DNA of 63,384 nt, the filler included, from Octopus bimaculoides (lineage: Eukaryota): assembly GCF_001194135.2 (NCBI RefSeq). It is 8 parts of 8 records of this genome, joined end to end, with 100 filler letters (N's around TTAATTAATTAA, not from the genome) between each part and the next. Parts side by side here need not be neighbours in the genome. Positions count along the whole stretch, not along the records: positions 9,713 to 32,218 come from NC_068982.1; positions 32,319 to 44,509 come from NC_068988.1; 6 more parts are not named here. The stretch is one strand, 5' to 3'. Under the pieces are notes generated by a model. That model was not told the DNA's origin, searched no databases, and saw only the letters and a program-made list of their open reading frames with translations. Shown piece by piece: positions 24,207 to 36,609 of the stretch (its first letter is position 1; every line of letters begins with the position of its first letter). A program made the position numbers and the translations under genes.

Positions 24207-27039
24207 CAAGAATAATTGGGGCCTATGGTTTTGTTAGTAAATGCTTAAGTGATTATCTGGATGAGCTGTGGTATTCAGTAAAAGAAATTAACCACGTAAC
24301 ATGCACATTAAAAAATAATCTGTAAGTGGAACAATAAAAATATGCAAGACTTTTCTCAAGTTCAAAATGTGATTTTGTTTTTGTTCACTACATTCCAACA
24401 ATGGAGCTTTGTATTTTTGTTAGAAAGCAACTCCTTCCTTACAGGAAGACATGAAATAATTTAAAACAGAAGAGAACATGCACATATAAACATACATATA
24501 TATATATATATACTAATATATGTGTTCGCACATACATATATCTATATAATATTTTTATTTTGGTCGAGTCAGTCTCTTGATACTCTGGAGTTTCGCCTGT
24601 GCGTTCACAGGGCCATTAAGCGATCTTCTTCTGACATTTACACCCCCCCACATAAATACACACATCAATATATGTGTGTGTATATATATATATATATGCA
24701 CACTCATATATATATATATATATATANNNNNNNNNNNNNNNNNNNNNNNNNNNNNNNNNNNNNNNNNNNNNNNNNNNNNNNNNNNNNNNNNNNNNNNNNN
24801 NNNNNNNNNNNNNNNNNNNNNNNNNNNNNNNNNNNNNNNNNNNNNNNNNNNNNNNNNNNNNNNNNNNNNNNNNNNNNNNNNNNNNNNNNNNNNNNNNNNN
24901 NNNNNNNNNNNNNNNNNNNNNNNNNNNNNNNNNNNNNNNNNNNNNNNNNNNNNNNNNNNNNNNNNNNNNNNNNNNNNNNNNNNNNNNNNNNNNNNNNNNN
25001 NNNNNNNNNNNNNNNNNNNNNNNNNNNNNNNNNNNNNNNNNNNNNNNNNNNNNNNNNNNNNNNNNNNNNNNNNNNNNNNNNNNNNNNNNNNNNNNNNNNN
25101 NNNNNNNNNNNNNNNNNNNNNNNNNNNNNNNNNNNNNNNNNNNNNNNNNNNNNNNNNNNNNNNNNNNNNNNNNNNNNNNNNNNNNNNNNNNNNNNNNNNN
25201 NNNNNNNNNNNNNNNNNNNNNNNNNNNNNNNNNNNNNNNNNNNNNNNNNNNNNNNNNNNNNNNNNNNNNNNNNNNNNNNNNNNNNNNNNNNNNNNNNNNN
25301 NNNNNNNNNNNNNNNNNNNNNNNNNNNNNNNNNNNNNNNNNNNNNNNNNNNNNNNNNNNNNNNNNNNNNNNNNNNNNNNNNNNNNNNNNNNNNNNNNNNN
25401 NNNNNNNNNNNNNNNNNNNNNNNNNNNNNNNNNNNNNNNNNNNNNNNNNNNNNNNNNNNNNNNNNNNNNNNNNNNNNNNNNNNNNNNNNNNNNNNNNNNN
25501 NNNNNNNNNNNNNNNNNNNNNNNNNNNNNNNNNNNNNNNNNNNNNNNNNNNNNNNNNNNNNNNNNNNNNNNNNNNNNNNNNNNNNNNNNNNNNNNNNNNN
25601 NNNNNNNNNNNNNNNNNNNNNNNNNNNNNNNNNNNNNNNNNNNNNNNNNNNNNNNNNNNNNNNNNNNNNNNNNNNNNNNNNNNNNNNNNNNNNNNNNNNN
25701 NNNNNTATATATATATATATATATATTACATATACTTGATATGATTTCTATGAGTTGTTTAACTATGCTCCATAATTACCCTGTAGACTGTCACAGCTCC
25801 AAATATTTTAATTTAAGTATTTATCGAGGACTTTGTGGTATCACGCCTCAGATTAGTTAGGTCAAAATGTGCTGCGTTTAACACACACACACATATACAT
25901 GTATACATACATACACACATACATACATACATACATACATACATACACATACCGACACGTAAACATATACAGACATAAACACATACGCACAAACACATAT
26001 ATACATACACATTAGGGGGCTAGACATATATGTTAATTTCTAAAAGCAGAATAATGTGAGATCTCTAGATATTTATCGATATTTATCATAAACGGGTGGA
26101 TGAAAGGGTTTCGTGGGTCGATATAGCCCTATGGCTTTCTATTAATTCTTTGATGTTTTGGATGAGAACAATTTTCACCCGTCAGATGCTACAATAATCA
26201 ACTAGATCATCGATATGAATTAAACCTATGTTAAAGGATAAATCTGCAGATGCCTTTGATAAATTTATTATCCAGTTTGAAAGGCATCTTACACATATGA
26301 AGTCAGATGAGAACGATAAAGTGGATTAATGTCAGTGAAGTCCAGTAGATACAGAAGCCGCATCTAGCCTGGAATTACAAAAGAGGAGAATGAAGATGGT
26401 ATTTAATTGCAGTAAAATGTACTCAGCGAACGAATAGGACCATATTTAATTAAACAACCTGCAAAACTATGTTAATTAACAACTGTCAGTTCTCTTAGAC
26501 AAATAACAAACGACAAAGGAAATGACTTTTAGAAATATATTTTTGCCGAAGACGAAACATAGAAACCGATAGAAAAGCAATTTGCAATAGCTTTGTCTAG
26601 TCTACAAAACTGGAGAAATATTTTTGCTGCAAGACACTGTTTCCCAAAATTCGGATGGAAGAGTCCACTATCAGAATTATGGACATAACCTTTATGTCGC
26701 TGCTGTAGGAAAATCAACTTCAATTCTGCCAAAACTTTTATGGGTTAAAACCTTCACATGACCGTAAAAATAACCTGAATGCATCTTAATTGAAAAGAAT
26801 GATGTCGGAAAACTATAATATCAACTCTACTATTCCGACAAACATCAAAACGAACTTTTTTATAGGCACTTTAAATTGATATAAGCAACAAGTAGCTTGT
26901 TGGATAGAGAATTTTTTTTATCCTTTAGTCAAGAGGAAAGACAGTGTCCATGACACAGGGCATCCGAGAGTAGTCCACTGGGAATTTATTTCTAATCCTG
27001 CATGAACAACCAAAAGTAACCGGAAATATTCTCTGTGGG

Positions 27040-27662
27040 ACAAAAGTGTTGTAGTTCAGGCTTCCGCTGCTAGAGTCCACTTGATGTAACCCTTGGGCAT
27101 CAGTCTACCGACCGGCATCGTTGAGTGAAGTCGTGCCACGTGGTGCGTCTTTGTTTTGGAGTGCTTCACCCCTGTTCGTCGATTTTTGCGATGGCCGAAA
27201 CGAAGGAACAACATGCTTCTGTGAAATTCTGTTTTCTGCTGGAGAAAACGGCAACCGAAACAGTTGTCATGCTTCAAACAACTTACAAGGCCGCTGCCAT
27301 GAGCAAAACACAAATTTACGAGTGGTCGCTTAAAGACTAACCTCGTTCAGGACGACCGTCGACCTCCCAAATGAATGCAAACATCATGAATATTTATGAA
27401 CTGATCTTATGAACCGAAAAATTGATAAACTTATTGATCTGACTGATGTATCATGGAGTCCCTGCCAAACGAATCTTGAACGGAGAATTGCGTATGAAAA
27501 GAGTTGCAGCAAAATTTGTGTCTCGCTTGCTCACAGAAGATCAAAAGCAGTCACGACTGAACGCATGTCACTGAACTGAAAGAACAGTTGGCAGTTGATC
27601 CGGACCTTTCTTCGAAGGTCATCACTGATGTTGAAAGCTGGTGCTACGGAATTTGCAGGTGT

Positions 27663-27726
<64 letters not shown>

Positions 27727-27923
27727 CAGAGAGAAAGACGGAGGCGTTAAAAGGTATCACTTCGCAAGAGTTCCAGCACTGCTTCGAACAGTGGAAAACG
27801 CGCCTGGATCGATGCATAGCTGCAAATGATGACTACTTTGAAGGCGATAAAAGTGTAAATATGTAAGCCTAAGTGAATAAAATGATATTGCAAAATTCCT
27901 GTTTGTTTTAGATAGTTCCCCGT
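27040..27923 (+). mobile_element. Internally deleted mariner element (transposase pseudogene ~27190-27866)
   Basis: MAETKEQHASVKFCFLLEKTATET..., PRSGRP, VAAKFVSRLL, ITDVESW, FEQWKTRLDRCIAANDDYFEG. Interrupted by (GA)n; the 3' end resembles a TIR ending in CGTA. Confidence 0.85.
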
Positions 27924-28002
27924 ACATACATACATATATGCATGCATGCATACATACATACATACATACATACATACATACATACATACATACATACATA
28001 CA

Positions 28003-29700
28003 CGATGGCCGTCCACTCGTGACCGAGAATGACCATTGTTGACCTTCAGGAACATTGTGCGCTCTAGGAATAACTTATATTTTGCATTTGCGACTCCGTT
28101 GGTGGCTAATGAGCCCTGCTCTTNNNNNNNNNNNNNNNNNNNNNNNNNNNNNNNNNNNNNNNNNNNNNNNNNNNNNNNNNNNNNNNNNNNNNNNNNNNNN
28201 NNNNNNNNNNNNNNNNNNNNNNNNNNNNNNNNNNNNNNNNNNNNNNNNNNNNNNNNNNNNNNNNNNNNNNNNNNNNNNNNNNNNNNNNNNNNNNNNNNNN
28301 NNNNNNNNNNNNNNNNNNNNNNNNNNNNNNNNNNNNNNNNNNNNNNNNNNNNNNNNNNNNNNNNNNNNNNNNNNNNNNNNNNNNNNNNNNNNNNNNNNNN
28401 NNNNNNNNNNNNNNNNNNNNNNNNNNNNNNNNNNNNNNNNNNNNNNNNNNNNNNNNNNNNNNNNNNNNNNNNNNNNNNNNNNNNNNNNNNNNNNNNNNNN
28501 NNNNNNNNNNNNNNNNNNNNNNNNNNNNNNNNNNNNNNNNNNNNNNNNNNNNNNNNNNNNNNNNNNNNNNNNNNNNNNNNNNNNNNNNNNNNNNNNNNNN
28601 NNNNNNNNNNNNNNNNNNNNNNNNNNNNNNNNNNNNNNNNNNNNNNNNNNNNNNNNNNNNNNNNNNNNNNNNNNNNNNNNNNNNNNNNNNNNNNNNNNNN
28701 NNNNNNNNNNNNNNNNNNNNNNNNNNNNNNNNNNNNNNNNNNNNNNNNNNNNNNNNNNNNNNNNNNNNNNNNNNNNNNNNNNNNNNNNNNNNNNNNNNNN
28801 NNNNNNNNNNNNNNNNNNNNNNNNNNNNNNNNNNNNNNNNNNNNNNNNNNNNNNNNNNNNNNNNNNNNNNNNNNNNNNNNNNNNNNNNNNNNNNNNNNNN
28901 NNNNNNNNNNNNNNNNNNNNNNNNNNNNNNNNNNNNNNNNNNNNNNNNNNNNNNNNNNNNNNNNNNNNNNNNNNNNNNNNNNNNNNNNNNNNNNNNNNNN
29001 NAGTAAAAGCAGCAGCAAAGTACAAAGAAAAGAGAGTTGGGGCCAGGATGTCACCCTGCTTGACACCATTCTCTACAGGAATGGGTCCTGCCATGCCACC
29101 ACCAACATTGACCCAAGCCTCCATCCCATCATGAAATGATTTAATGATAAATACAAAGTGATCCGGACATCCAAGTTTGCCAAGTATTTTCCATAGAAAG
29201 GCCCTATTCACAGTATCAAAGGCCTTTGTTAAATCAATGAATACCTGGACAAGATCCATATTCTGCTCATAGCACTTCTCCTGCATCTGTCTTGCTGTGA
29301 AAATCATATCCATTGTCCCTCTACCAGGTCGGAAGCCACATTGAGATTCAGGTAGGACATCAATTACGAGACACCCATTCAGACGGGTAAGAAGAATATT
29401 TGCCAGAACCTTGCCAGCAGCTGATAGAAGAACAATACCTCTGTAGTTACCACACATTGTTCTGGCTCCTTTTCCTTTATATAGAGGAAGAAAAACTGCA
29501 TCCTTCCAGTCCTTAGGGATTGCACCATCCCTCCAAACTGCACTAATAAGTTCATGAAGGGACTGTGTGATGCAATTACCACCAAATCGCAAGACCTCAG
29601 CACAAATTCCATTCTTTCCAGGTGCCCTACCAAGATTCAATTTACTTATTGATGTCATTATTTCATCTATTGAGGGCGAGGAGTCTAAGGAGTCAAATAT
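28003..29700 (-). mobile_element. 5'-truncated RTE-clade LINE; RT in frame over 29002-29700, middle lost in a gap
   Basis: RAPGKNGICAE, YRGIVLLSAAGK, LPESQCGFRPGRGTMDMIF, FIDLTKAFDTV, GVKQGDILAPTLF; C-terminal RAGLISHQR; ends in a (TATG)n tail. Confidence 0.92.
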
Positions 29701-29703
29701 ATA

Positions 29704-29990
29704 TGTGGTGGCATAGTGGTTAGGGTATTGCACTCATGATCACTAGATCATCATGGGTTCAATTCTCGGACCGGGTGGTTCGTTGTGTTCTTGAGCAAAA
29801 CACTTCATTTTATATTGCTCCAGTCCACTCAGCTGTAATTGGGTAACCCTGTAACGGAATTGCTTTCCAATCAGGGGAGTATTCGCCTGCTCGCCGAGTC
29901 AGCGGGGCGGCGTCATTCCAAAGCTAAAACAATGCAAAGCGCATTGTGACTAGCGACATCCGATAGTCTGGTCGATACTGTGACATATAT
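29704..29990 (+). mobile_element. tRNA-derived SINE
   Basis: TGGCATAGTGGTTAGGG A-box, GGTTCAATTCTC B-box and TGTGTTCTTGAGCAAAACAC block. Confidence 0.8.
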
Positions 29991-30907
29991 GTATGTGTGT
30001 GTGTGTGTGTGCGCGCGTATGTTTATCCACCACCACCGCTTGACAGCTTGTCTTCTTATTTATTTTTTTGCGGCCCAATGGCCGATAGAATAAGTTCCAA
30101 ACTTAAAACGTAAGTACTTGGTTCAATTTGTTCAACTAAATCCTTCAAGGCGCTGCCCCAGCAGTCCAATGACTGAAACAAGTGAAAAACAAATGACATA
30201 TATATATATATATATANNNNNNNNNNNNNNNNNNNNNNNNNNNNNNNNNNNNNNNNNNNNNNNNNNNNNNNNNNNNNNNNNNNNNNNNNNNNNNNNNNNN
30301 NNNNNNNNNNNNNNNNNNNNNNNNNNNNNNNNNNNNNNNNNNNNNNNNNNNNNNNNNNNNNNNNNNNNNNNNNNNNNNNNNNNNNNNNNNNNNNNNNNNN
30401 NNNNNNNNNNNNNNNNNNNNNNNNNNNNNNNNNNNNNNNNNNNNNNNNNNNNNNNNNNNNNNNNNNNNNNNNNCAAGTAAAAGAATGAAAAATATGTAAA
30501 ATATTAAGGCAATTGACGAAAAATATCTACACTAAAATATTAATTGATAAATATAAATTTTTATTAAAACAAAACGTGGATGAAGCAAATCTCGTGGTGT
30601 GAAGAATTAACATAACGTGCAGGTGCAATACAACGTGCGGTTGTTATGGTAACAAGTTGTTAATGCCTCGCTTTCTGTTGATTGGCTAAAATTACCCAAA
30701 TTTTCCAACTTTAATTCCAAATAACATCAGATTCTTTAAATTACGAGATAAGGTGATTAGTTGAGCGAAATCAAAATTCAAAACTACATCGATACACCAA
30801 AATTGAAAACAATCTGAGCAAAATTAAAGGGGGATGATTTTGTGAATCAGCTTAACTAGATCCAATGTGTGTGCACGTGTCCTAAGGATAGATAGATAAA
30901 TAAATAA

Positions 30908-31012
<105 letters not shown>

Positions 31013-31859
31013 AAGAGAAAGAGTGAGAGAAAGAGAAAGAGCGAGAAAAGAAAAAGAAGGATAGAGTTTGAGACCTGAGGTATAAATATTTTCCAAACGA
31101 TGTAAGCATTATCTTGACTGTTTACTTACCCAATAAAAACTTCTAAAACTGGTGAAAAGAACTTCGTATTCGATAGAAACTTCCTGTGTTGTGTGTCGTA
31201 GTAATTGTTAGTGTCCCGTTTCTGTTGTAATGTGTTTGTGAGGTGTTTGTGTCGTTCTGTTGTGTTGCTGTCGCTGGTGACGCCTGTCACTTTCTTGTTT
31301 TGAACTTCCTTTGCTGGTGGCAAATCTCTTTAAATACAATGCTTATTTTTGTCACCGTCTGCTTTTATATATATGTACATATAATATAGGTCATAGAAGA
31401 AGGGGAGAGAAAAATGGAAATTAGAAGAGAGTGTTACAGAGGAGAAGGAAAGAGAGTAAAGAGAGTAAAGAAAGAGTGAGAGAATGCAAATGATGCAAAT
31501 GAGGGAAAACGAAGAGTAGAAGTGAGAAAGGGAGGGGAAAGCGGGAACCGGAAAGAGGAAGATGGCGAGAAATAGAACGAAAGTTTTAAGAACGTCTGAA
31601 AACGGATAGAAAGAAAAAGGAAGACTGTAATAAAGAAGGGGAAACGGCAATAATATTAATAGGGTAGACCATAATGAGTGAGAGTGAGAGTGAGAAAGAA
31701 AGGAAGGAAAAAAGAGGGAGGGAGAAAGAAAAAGGAAAGAAAAGAAGTAGTCGGTAGAAAGGAAGAAGAAACAATAGTAGAACGGTGTGAAAATAGAAAA
31801 ATACGAAAGGAAAAAATGAGAAGAGGAAAAGGTTGAAAAGTTGCAATAATGTAGGCGCA

Positions 31860-32019
31860 GGTGTGGCTGTGTGGTAAGTAGCTTGCCTACCAACTACATG
31901 GTTCCGGGTTCAGTCCCACTGCGTGGCACCTTGGGCAAGTGTCTTCTATTATAGCTTCGGGCCAACCAAAGCCTTGTGAGTGGATTTGGTAGACGGAAAC
32001 TGAAAAGAAGCCCGTCGTA

Positions 32020-32066
<47 letters not shown>

Positions 32067-32218
32067 TTGTGTGTCTGTGTTTGTCCCCCTAGCATTGCTT
32101 GACAACCGATGCTGGTGTGTTTATGTCCCCGTCACTTAGCGGTTCGGCAAAAGAGACCGATAAAATAAGTACTAGGCTTACAAAGAATAAGTCCCAGGGT
32201 CGGTTTGCTTGACTAAAG
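31860..32218 (+). mobile_element. CORE-like SINE with internal (TA)/(TG) tract and extended 3' part
   Basis: GTGGCTGTGTGGTAAGTAGCTTGC...GGCACCTTGGGCAAGTGTCTTC...GACAACCGATGCTGGTGTG...CGGCAAAAGAGACCGA. Confidence 0.9.
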
Positions 32219-32318
32219 NNNNNNNNNNNNNNNNNNNNNNNNNNNNNNNNNNNNNNNNNNNNTTAATTAATTAANNNNNNNNNNNNNNNNNNNNNNNNNN
32301 NNNNNNNNNNNNNNNNNN

Positions 32319-32359
<41 letters not shown>

Positions 32360-32361
32360 TA

Positions 32362-32524
32362 CAACAGGTTTCTTTCAGTTTCCATCTACCAAATCCACTC
32401 ACAAGGCTTTGGTCGGCCCAAGGCTATAGTAGAAGACACTTGCCCAAGGTGCCACGCAGTGGGACTGAACCCGGAACCATGTGGTTGGTAAGCAAGTTAC
32501 TTACCACACAGCCACTCCTGCGCC
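32362..32524 (-). mobile_element. CORE-like SINE, minus orientation
   Basis: Near-exact reverse complement of 31860-32020. Confidence 0.9.
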
Positions 32525-32763
32525 ATATATATGTATTCACACACTTGCACACACACAACATAAGTAAAATAATCCCTTAAGTTTTGAACATGCAGGAAGA
32601 ACAACATAGTTTTTGAAAGAATTTTCTCAAACAGCAGATTTTAACTGAGCTCTAAAAATGCAGAACAAAGATAGACTGCTAATGGAATTATTTCATTGGT
32701 TATACGAAGAGTAATTAATGAGCCAGTAGGGAAACTTAGATTCTAAAGTATCCACAGAGACAA

Positions 32764-32816
<53 letters not shown>

Positions 32817-33082
32817 TAATAATAATGACGATAATAATAAAAATAACAACAACAACAATAGCAATTATAATAATAAATAAATGAAAATAAACGAAACAAT
32901 ATGAATAACATACCTATTTGAATTACCATCATTTGAACAGTTCTGCAGTAAATAGCCATTTTGACAGATTTGCAACTGTACAGTGTTGCTGTTGTTTAGA
33001 ACTCTTTAATTTTTCATCTTTCGCAGTTTTTTTTTTATTATTAATTTTTTTTCTCTTTGCAGTTACTATCATTATTATTATT

Positions 33083-33116
<34 letters not shown>

Positions 33117-34179
33117 CCACCACCACCACCATCATCAATTATTATTATTATCATTATTATTATTTTTATTTTGTGTCCATTAGTTTACTTTGGATTGAAT
33201 ACATAATTACCTCAAATATTTTTTTTTCAATTTCAATTGAAAGTTACTGTTCCATGAAATGAATTGGCTTAATTTGTTTCTATATTTTTTCTATGGTGGC
33301 GATGGTAGAGGAAGGGTGTGGGTGCTATTTTTTTGATTTTGTGTTTATTGTTTTGTGTTTTAAAATCTCTTTTATTGAAATATTATTTAAATCTTTTTAT
33401 CGATTCCGTAATTTGTGACATGGTCTCCCTCACATTTTTCTTTATATTATTATGTATTTTTTTTGTTTATTTTTAATGTATCTTTTATTCATTCATTCAT
33501 TCATCCATTTCTTTATAGTTTATTGCTGTCTCTTTTTCTTTTACTTAAATTTTCATAGAAATACAAATCTTTAGTTTGGAGAAACATTAAATTTTTAAAC
33601 TGCTATCCCCTTCCATTGTTTGGCTATTTGTTTATTTTTAATATCCTATTCACTAAGCCGTTTCCACAGAATCAGGGAATTTTTCCCACGAAAATTGTCA
33701 TCGCCAATATAAAAGACTTCTATTGAAGTCTCTTGGCTGGAATTTATTTTCAGTTTTGATAACTTTTGATATTAATTTCTCCATAGAGGAAAGGAATTTC
33801 TTCATTTAGAATTGCAAAGATAAAAATCAAACCTCAAAGTGATTGACGTCTGAAATTGGAGTTCTTTGTCTCATAATGTTTGCATCTTCTCATTAATTTT
33901 AGCTAATGAATGATTGCAGTGGTAAATGTTTCTTTAACAGCCATTCCTCTGATGTGTCTATGTGTCAATCTATGTCCACATAGATGCATACATAGAACAA
34001 AGTGGGGGGAAATATTTATATGGTGTATGTGAATGTGAATTTTGTGTGTGTGTGTGTGCACCTGTGTATGTGTGTGTGTGTTTGCGTAATTACAGAAAAT
34101 TATAACTTCAAAATTTGATTTCTTAAGGCCATATAATTCAAGTGTGTGTATGTGTGTCCGTGTGTGTGTATGTATATAC

Positions 34180-34220
<41 letters not shown>

Positions 34221-34619
34221 TACATGCATATCTATTTGTGTGTGTGCATGCTTGTGTGTGTGTATGTTAGTGTAAGTATATTATCCTCATTGTCCTCATC
34301 ATCAGTATGTTACATCTACATCTGCATTTTTCCATGCTAGCATGGGTTGGATGAGATTTCGTGCAACAGTTTTATTGTAAACACATGCAGAGAAAAATAC
34401 ATATACACATGCAGATACACACACATATGTAAGCATGTAGGTATGAATATATTTATGTATGTATATATGTATGTATGTATGTATTTATGTATGTATGTAT
34501 GTATGATTTTATTTCAAGTTAATTTAAGCACTTCTTGAAAGATTTCAAGCTGGTTACTAACAAAGCAACTAGATTTTTTGAATTAAGAAAATTCATGGTG
34601 TTTGTAAATAAGTGATTAA

Positions 34620-34845
34620 GTTGATGTGTTGGTTGAATGGTCAATGTATGCACTCAAGTGTATACATCTATTCACATGAGAATCCCACATGGAGAATGTC
34701 TTATAAATCTTCACTTTGCCACTTATAGGTTTCATTTTGAAAATCTTCATTGGTTTCTTTTGCTCTATTCCCATGAGACTGAATATTTCTAGGCTTTTGT
34801 GCAAATTTTTTGGTACATAACCTAATGCACCAATGATGATAGGTA
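34620..34845 (-). mobile_element. 3' remnant of an RLE-type (R2/R4/CRE-like) non-LTR element
   Basis: FVPIIIGALGYVPKNLHKSLE...PISGKVKIYKTF, the same motif as at 62.4-62.9 kb. Confidence 0.6.
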
Positions 34846-35099
34846 CAAATGAGTTGTATGTATGTGTGTGTGTGTGTGTGTGTAGGATATAAACAAACAC
34901 CACTGCTGCCTGGTTTCAGTGTGGAGAGATGTATAGAAAACTCACACATACATATATACATCTATCTCTCGCAATATCTATCTATCTATCTATCTATCTA
35001 CTTACCTACTTACCGACCTACCTACCTATCAATCTATCCATCCATTCCAACCTGCCCATCAATCCATCCATTCATCCATCCATCTACCCATCAACTATC

Positions 35100-35290
35100 T
35101 AATCTATATTATTTACATTATTTATAATTGACGGATATTTGTCCTCATCTTGTCTGTTGTTAACACAACGTTTCAGCTGATATACCCTCCAGCCTTCATC
35201 AGGTGTCTTGGGGAAATTTCGAACCTGGGTTCTCATTCCTAAGGTATTTTTCGATATTATTATTATCATCATTATTATTATTATTATCCT
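35100..35290 (-). mobile_element. Headless copy 3 of the hammerhead-tailed SINE (hammerhead 35161-35208)
   Basis: Minus strand: AGACAC CTGATGA A GGCTG GAGGGTATAT CAGCT GAAA CG TT GTGTTA. The core is intact and helix II closes with G-U. Confidence 0.85.
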
Positions 35291-35295
35291 TATTT

Positions 35296-35590
35296 GGGCA
35301 TATGGAGTAGTGGTTAAGAGCACGGGCTACTAACCCCAAGATTCCAAGTTCGATTCCAAGCAGTTTTCCTGAATAATAATAATAATAATAGTGATAATAA
35401 TAATAATAATAATAAAAACATCATAAAATACCTTAGGAATGAGAATCCAGGTACGAAATTTCTCCAAGACACCTCATGTATGTTGGAGGGTACATCAGCT
35501 GAAACGTGGTGTTAACAACAAACAAGATGAGGACAAATATCCGTGAAATGTAAATAATGTACATAATTCCTCATTTCTTAAATATAGAAC
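35296..35590 (+). mobile_element. Copy 4 of the hammerhead-tailed SINE (core decayed)
   Basis: GGCATATGGAGTAGTGGTTAAGAGC...GTTCGATTCC head, (AAT)n and tail with CTCATGT in place of CTGATGA. Confidence 0.85.
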
Positions 35591-36385
35591 TCTATCTAAT
35601 CTATCTATCTATCTATCTGTATGTGTATGTAATGCATACAATGGCTTCTGTTCAGTTTGTGTTAATTACATTCTACACACAAGGCATATGTAAAAGTGAG
35701 GCTATCAGAGAAGAAATTTTCTTAATGTGCCATGCGGATGGATTTAACTCCAAACCATGTGGTCAATAAACGAACTTCTTCCCCACACCATCCCAGCCCA
35801 CTTGTGCTTGTACATACACCCCTATCACTTGCATGTTTCTCATTCTCACGTTCCCCCATGCAAGCATTAATGACCTTTTCACGCTCATCAATTACCTCCC
35901 TGTCTCTCATTCTTCCTCTATCTATTCTTTTGTTCTGCTATTCATCACTTTGTACTACCACGCATCACCTTCCCTCCTCTGAGTAACTTTTTTCTTACCG
36001 CTTTCCCCAATTCACATGTTGTCAATGTACACTATTCACAACATCTTTAACCACTCACCGTTCCTGATCTTCTGTCCATATATTGACTTCTATTCACCTT
36101 CTTGTACCTCTGATATTTCTTAACCTCTATTTTAATCTCTCTTTACATCTTCATTCTGATTACTCCCACATAGCCTTTTATAATGTAGCACAGACATATA
36201 TCTCTTCTGCTATAAGAAATCTGTTCCTCTCCATACCATCAGAACTTGACCCGGCAACATCTGATATACAACCAGTTCCCTCTTTACTATGCTACCAATC
36301 AGACAAGAGGGTTCTTGCAAGTTACATGGTAGATTCACTGTTGTATCGCCAATTGTTATGACAATACTTTTTTTAACCCTATAAC

Positions 36386-36609
36386 TGTGTCGTAATAATA
36401 AAACATATAACGAACCTGGGAAACAACGACGTAATCCAACAGTCTTCACGAACTATATACGAACCAACAAACAATATGCCGACAAGCTACCAAAAGCACC
36501 ACTTTACGACATCCTGTGATTAACGCTTGCTTACTCTCTCTCTCTCTCTCTCTCTCTCACTCAGATAGCTACTATTTATAGTCATTCGGTCAAGTCTCTT
36601 CTCGCCACA
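36386..36609 (-). repeat. 3' LTR of the Gypsy element
   Basis: Minus strand begins TGTGGCGAG and ends ACGACACA (TG...CA), preceded by the purine tract AAAAGGTGAGATAT. A related piece lies at ~39895-40015 on the opposite strand. Confidence 0.65.

Noticed and set aside
31330-31893. 187-aa F/S/L-rich ORF
   Set aside because: Low-complexity purine-rich repeat read antisense, starting inside a SINE.
35296-35365. tRNA gene calls for SINE heads
   Set aside because: A and B boxes are present but there is no complete cloverleaf, and each head is fused to a SINE body.
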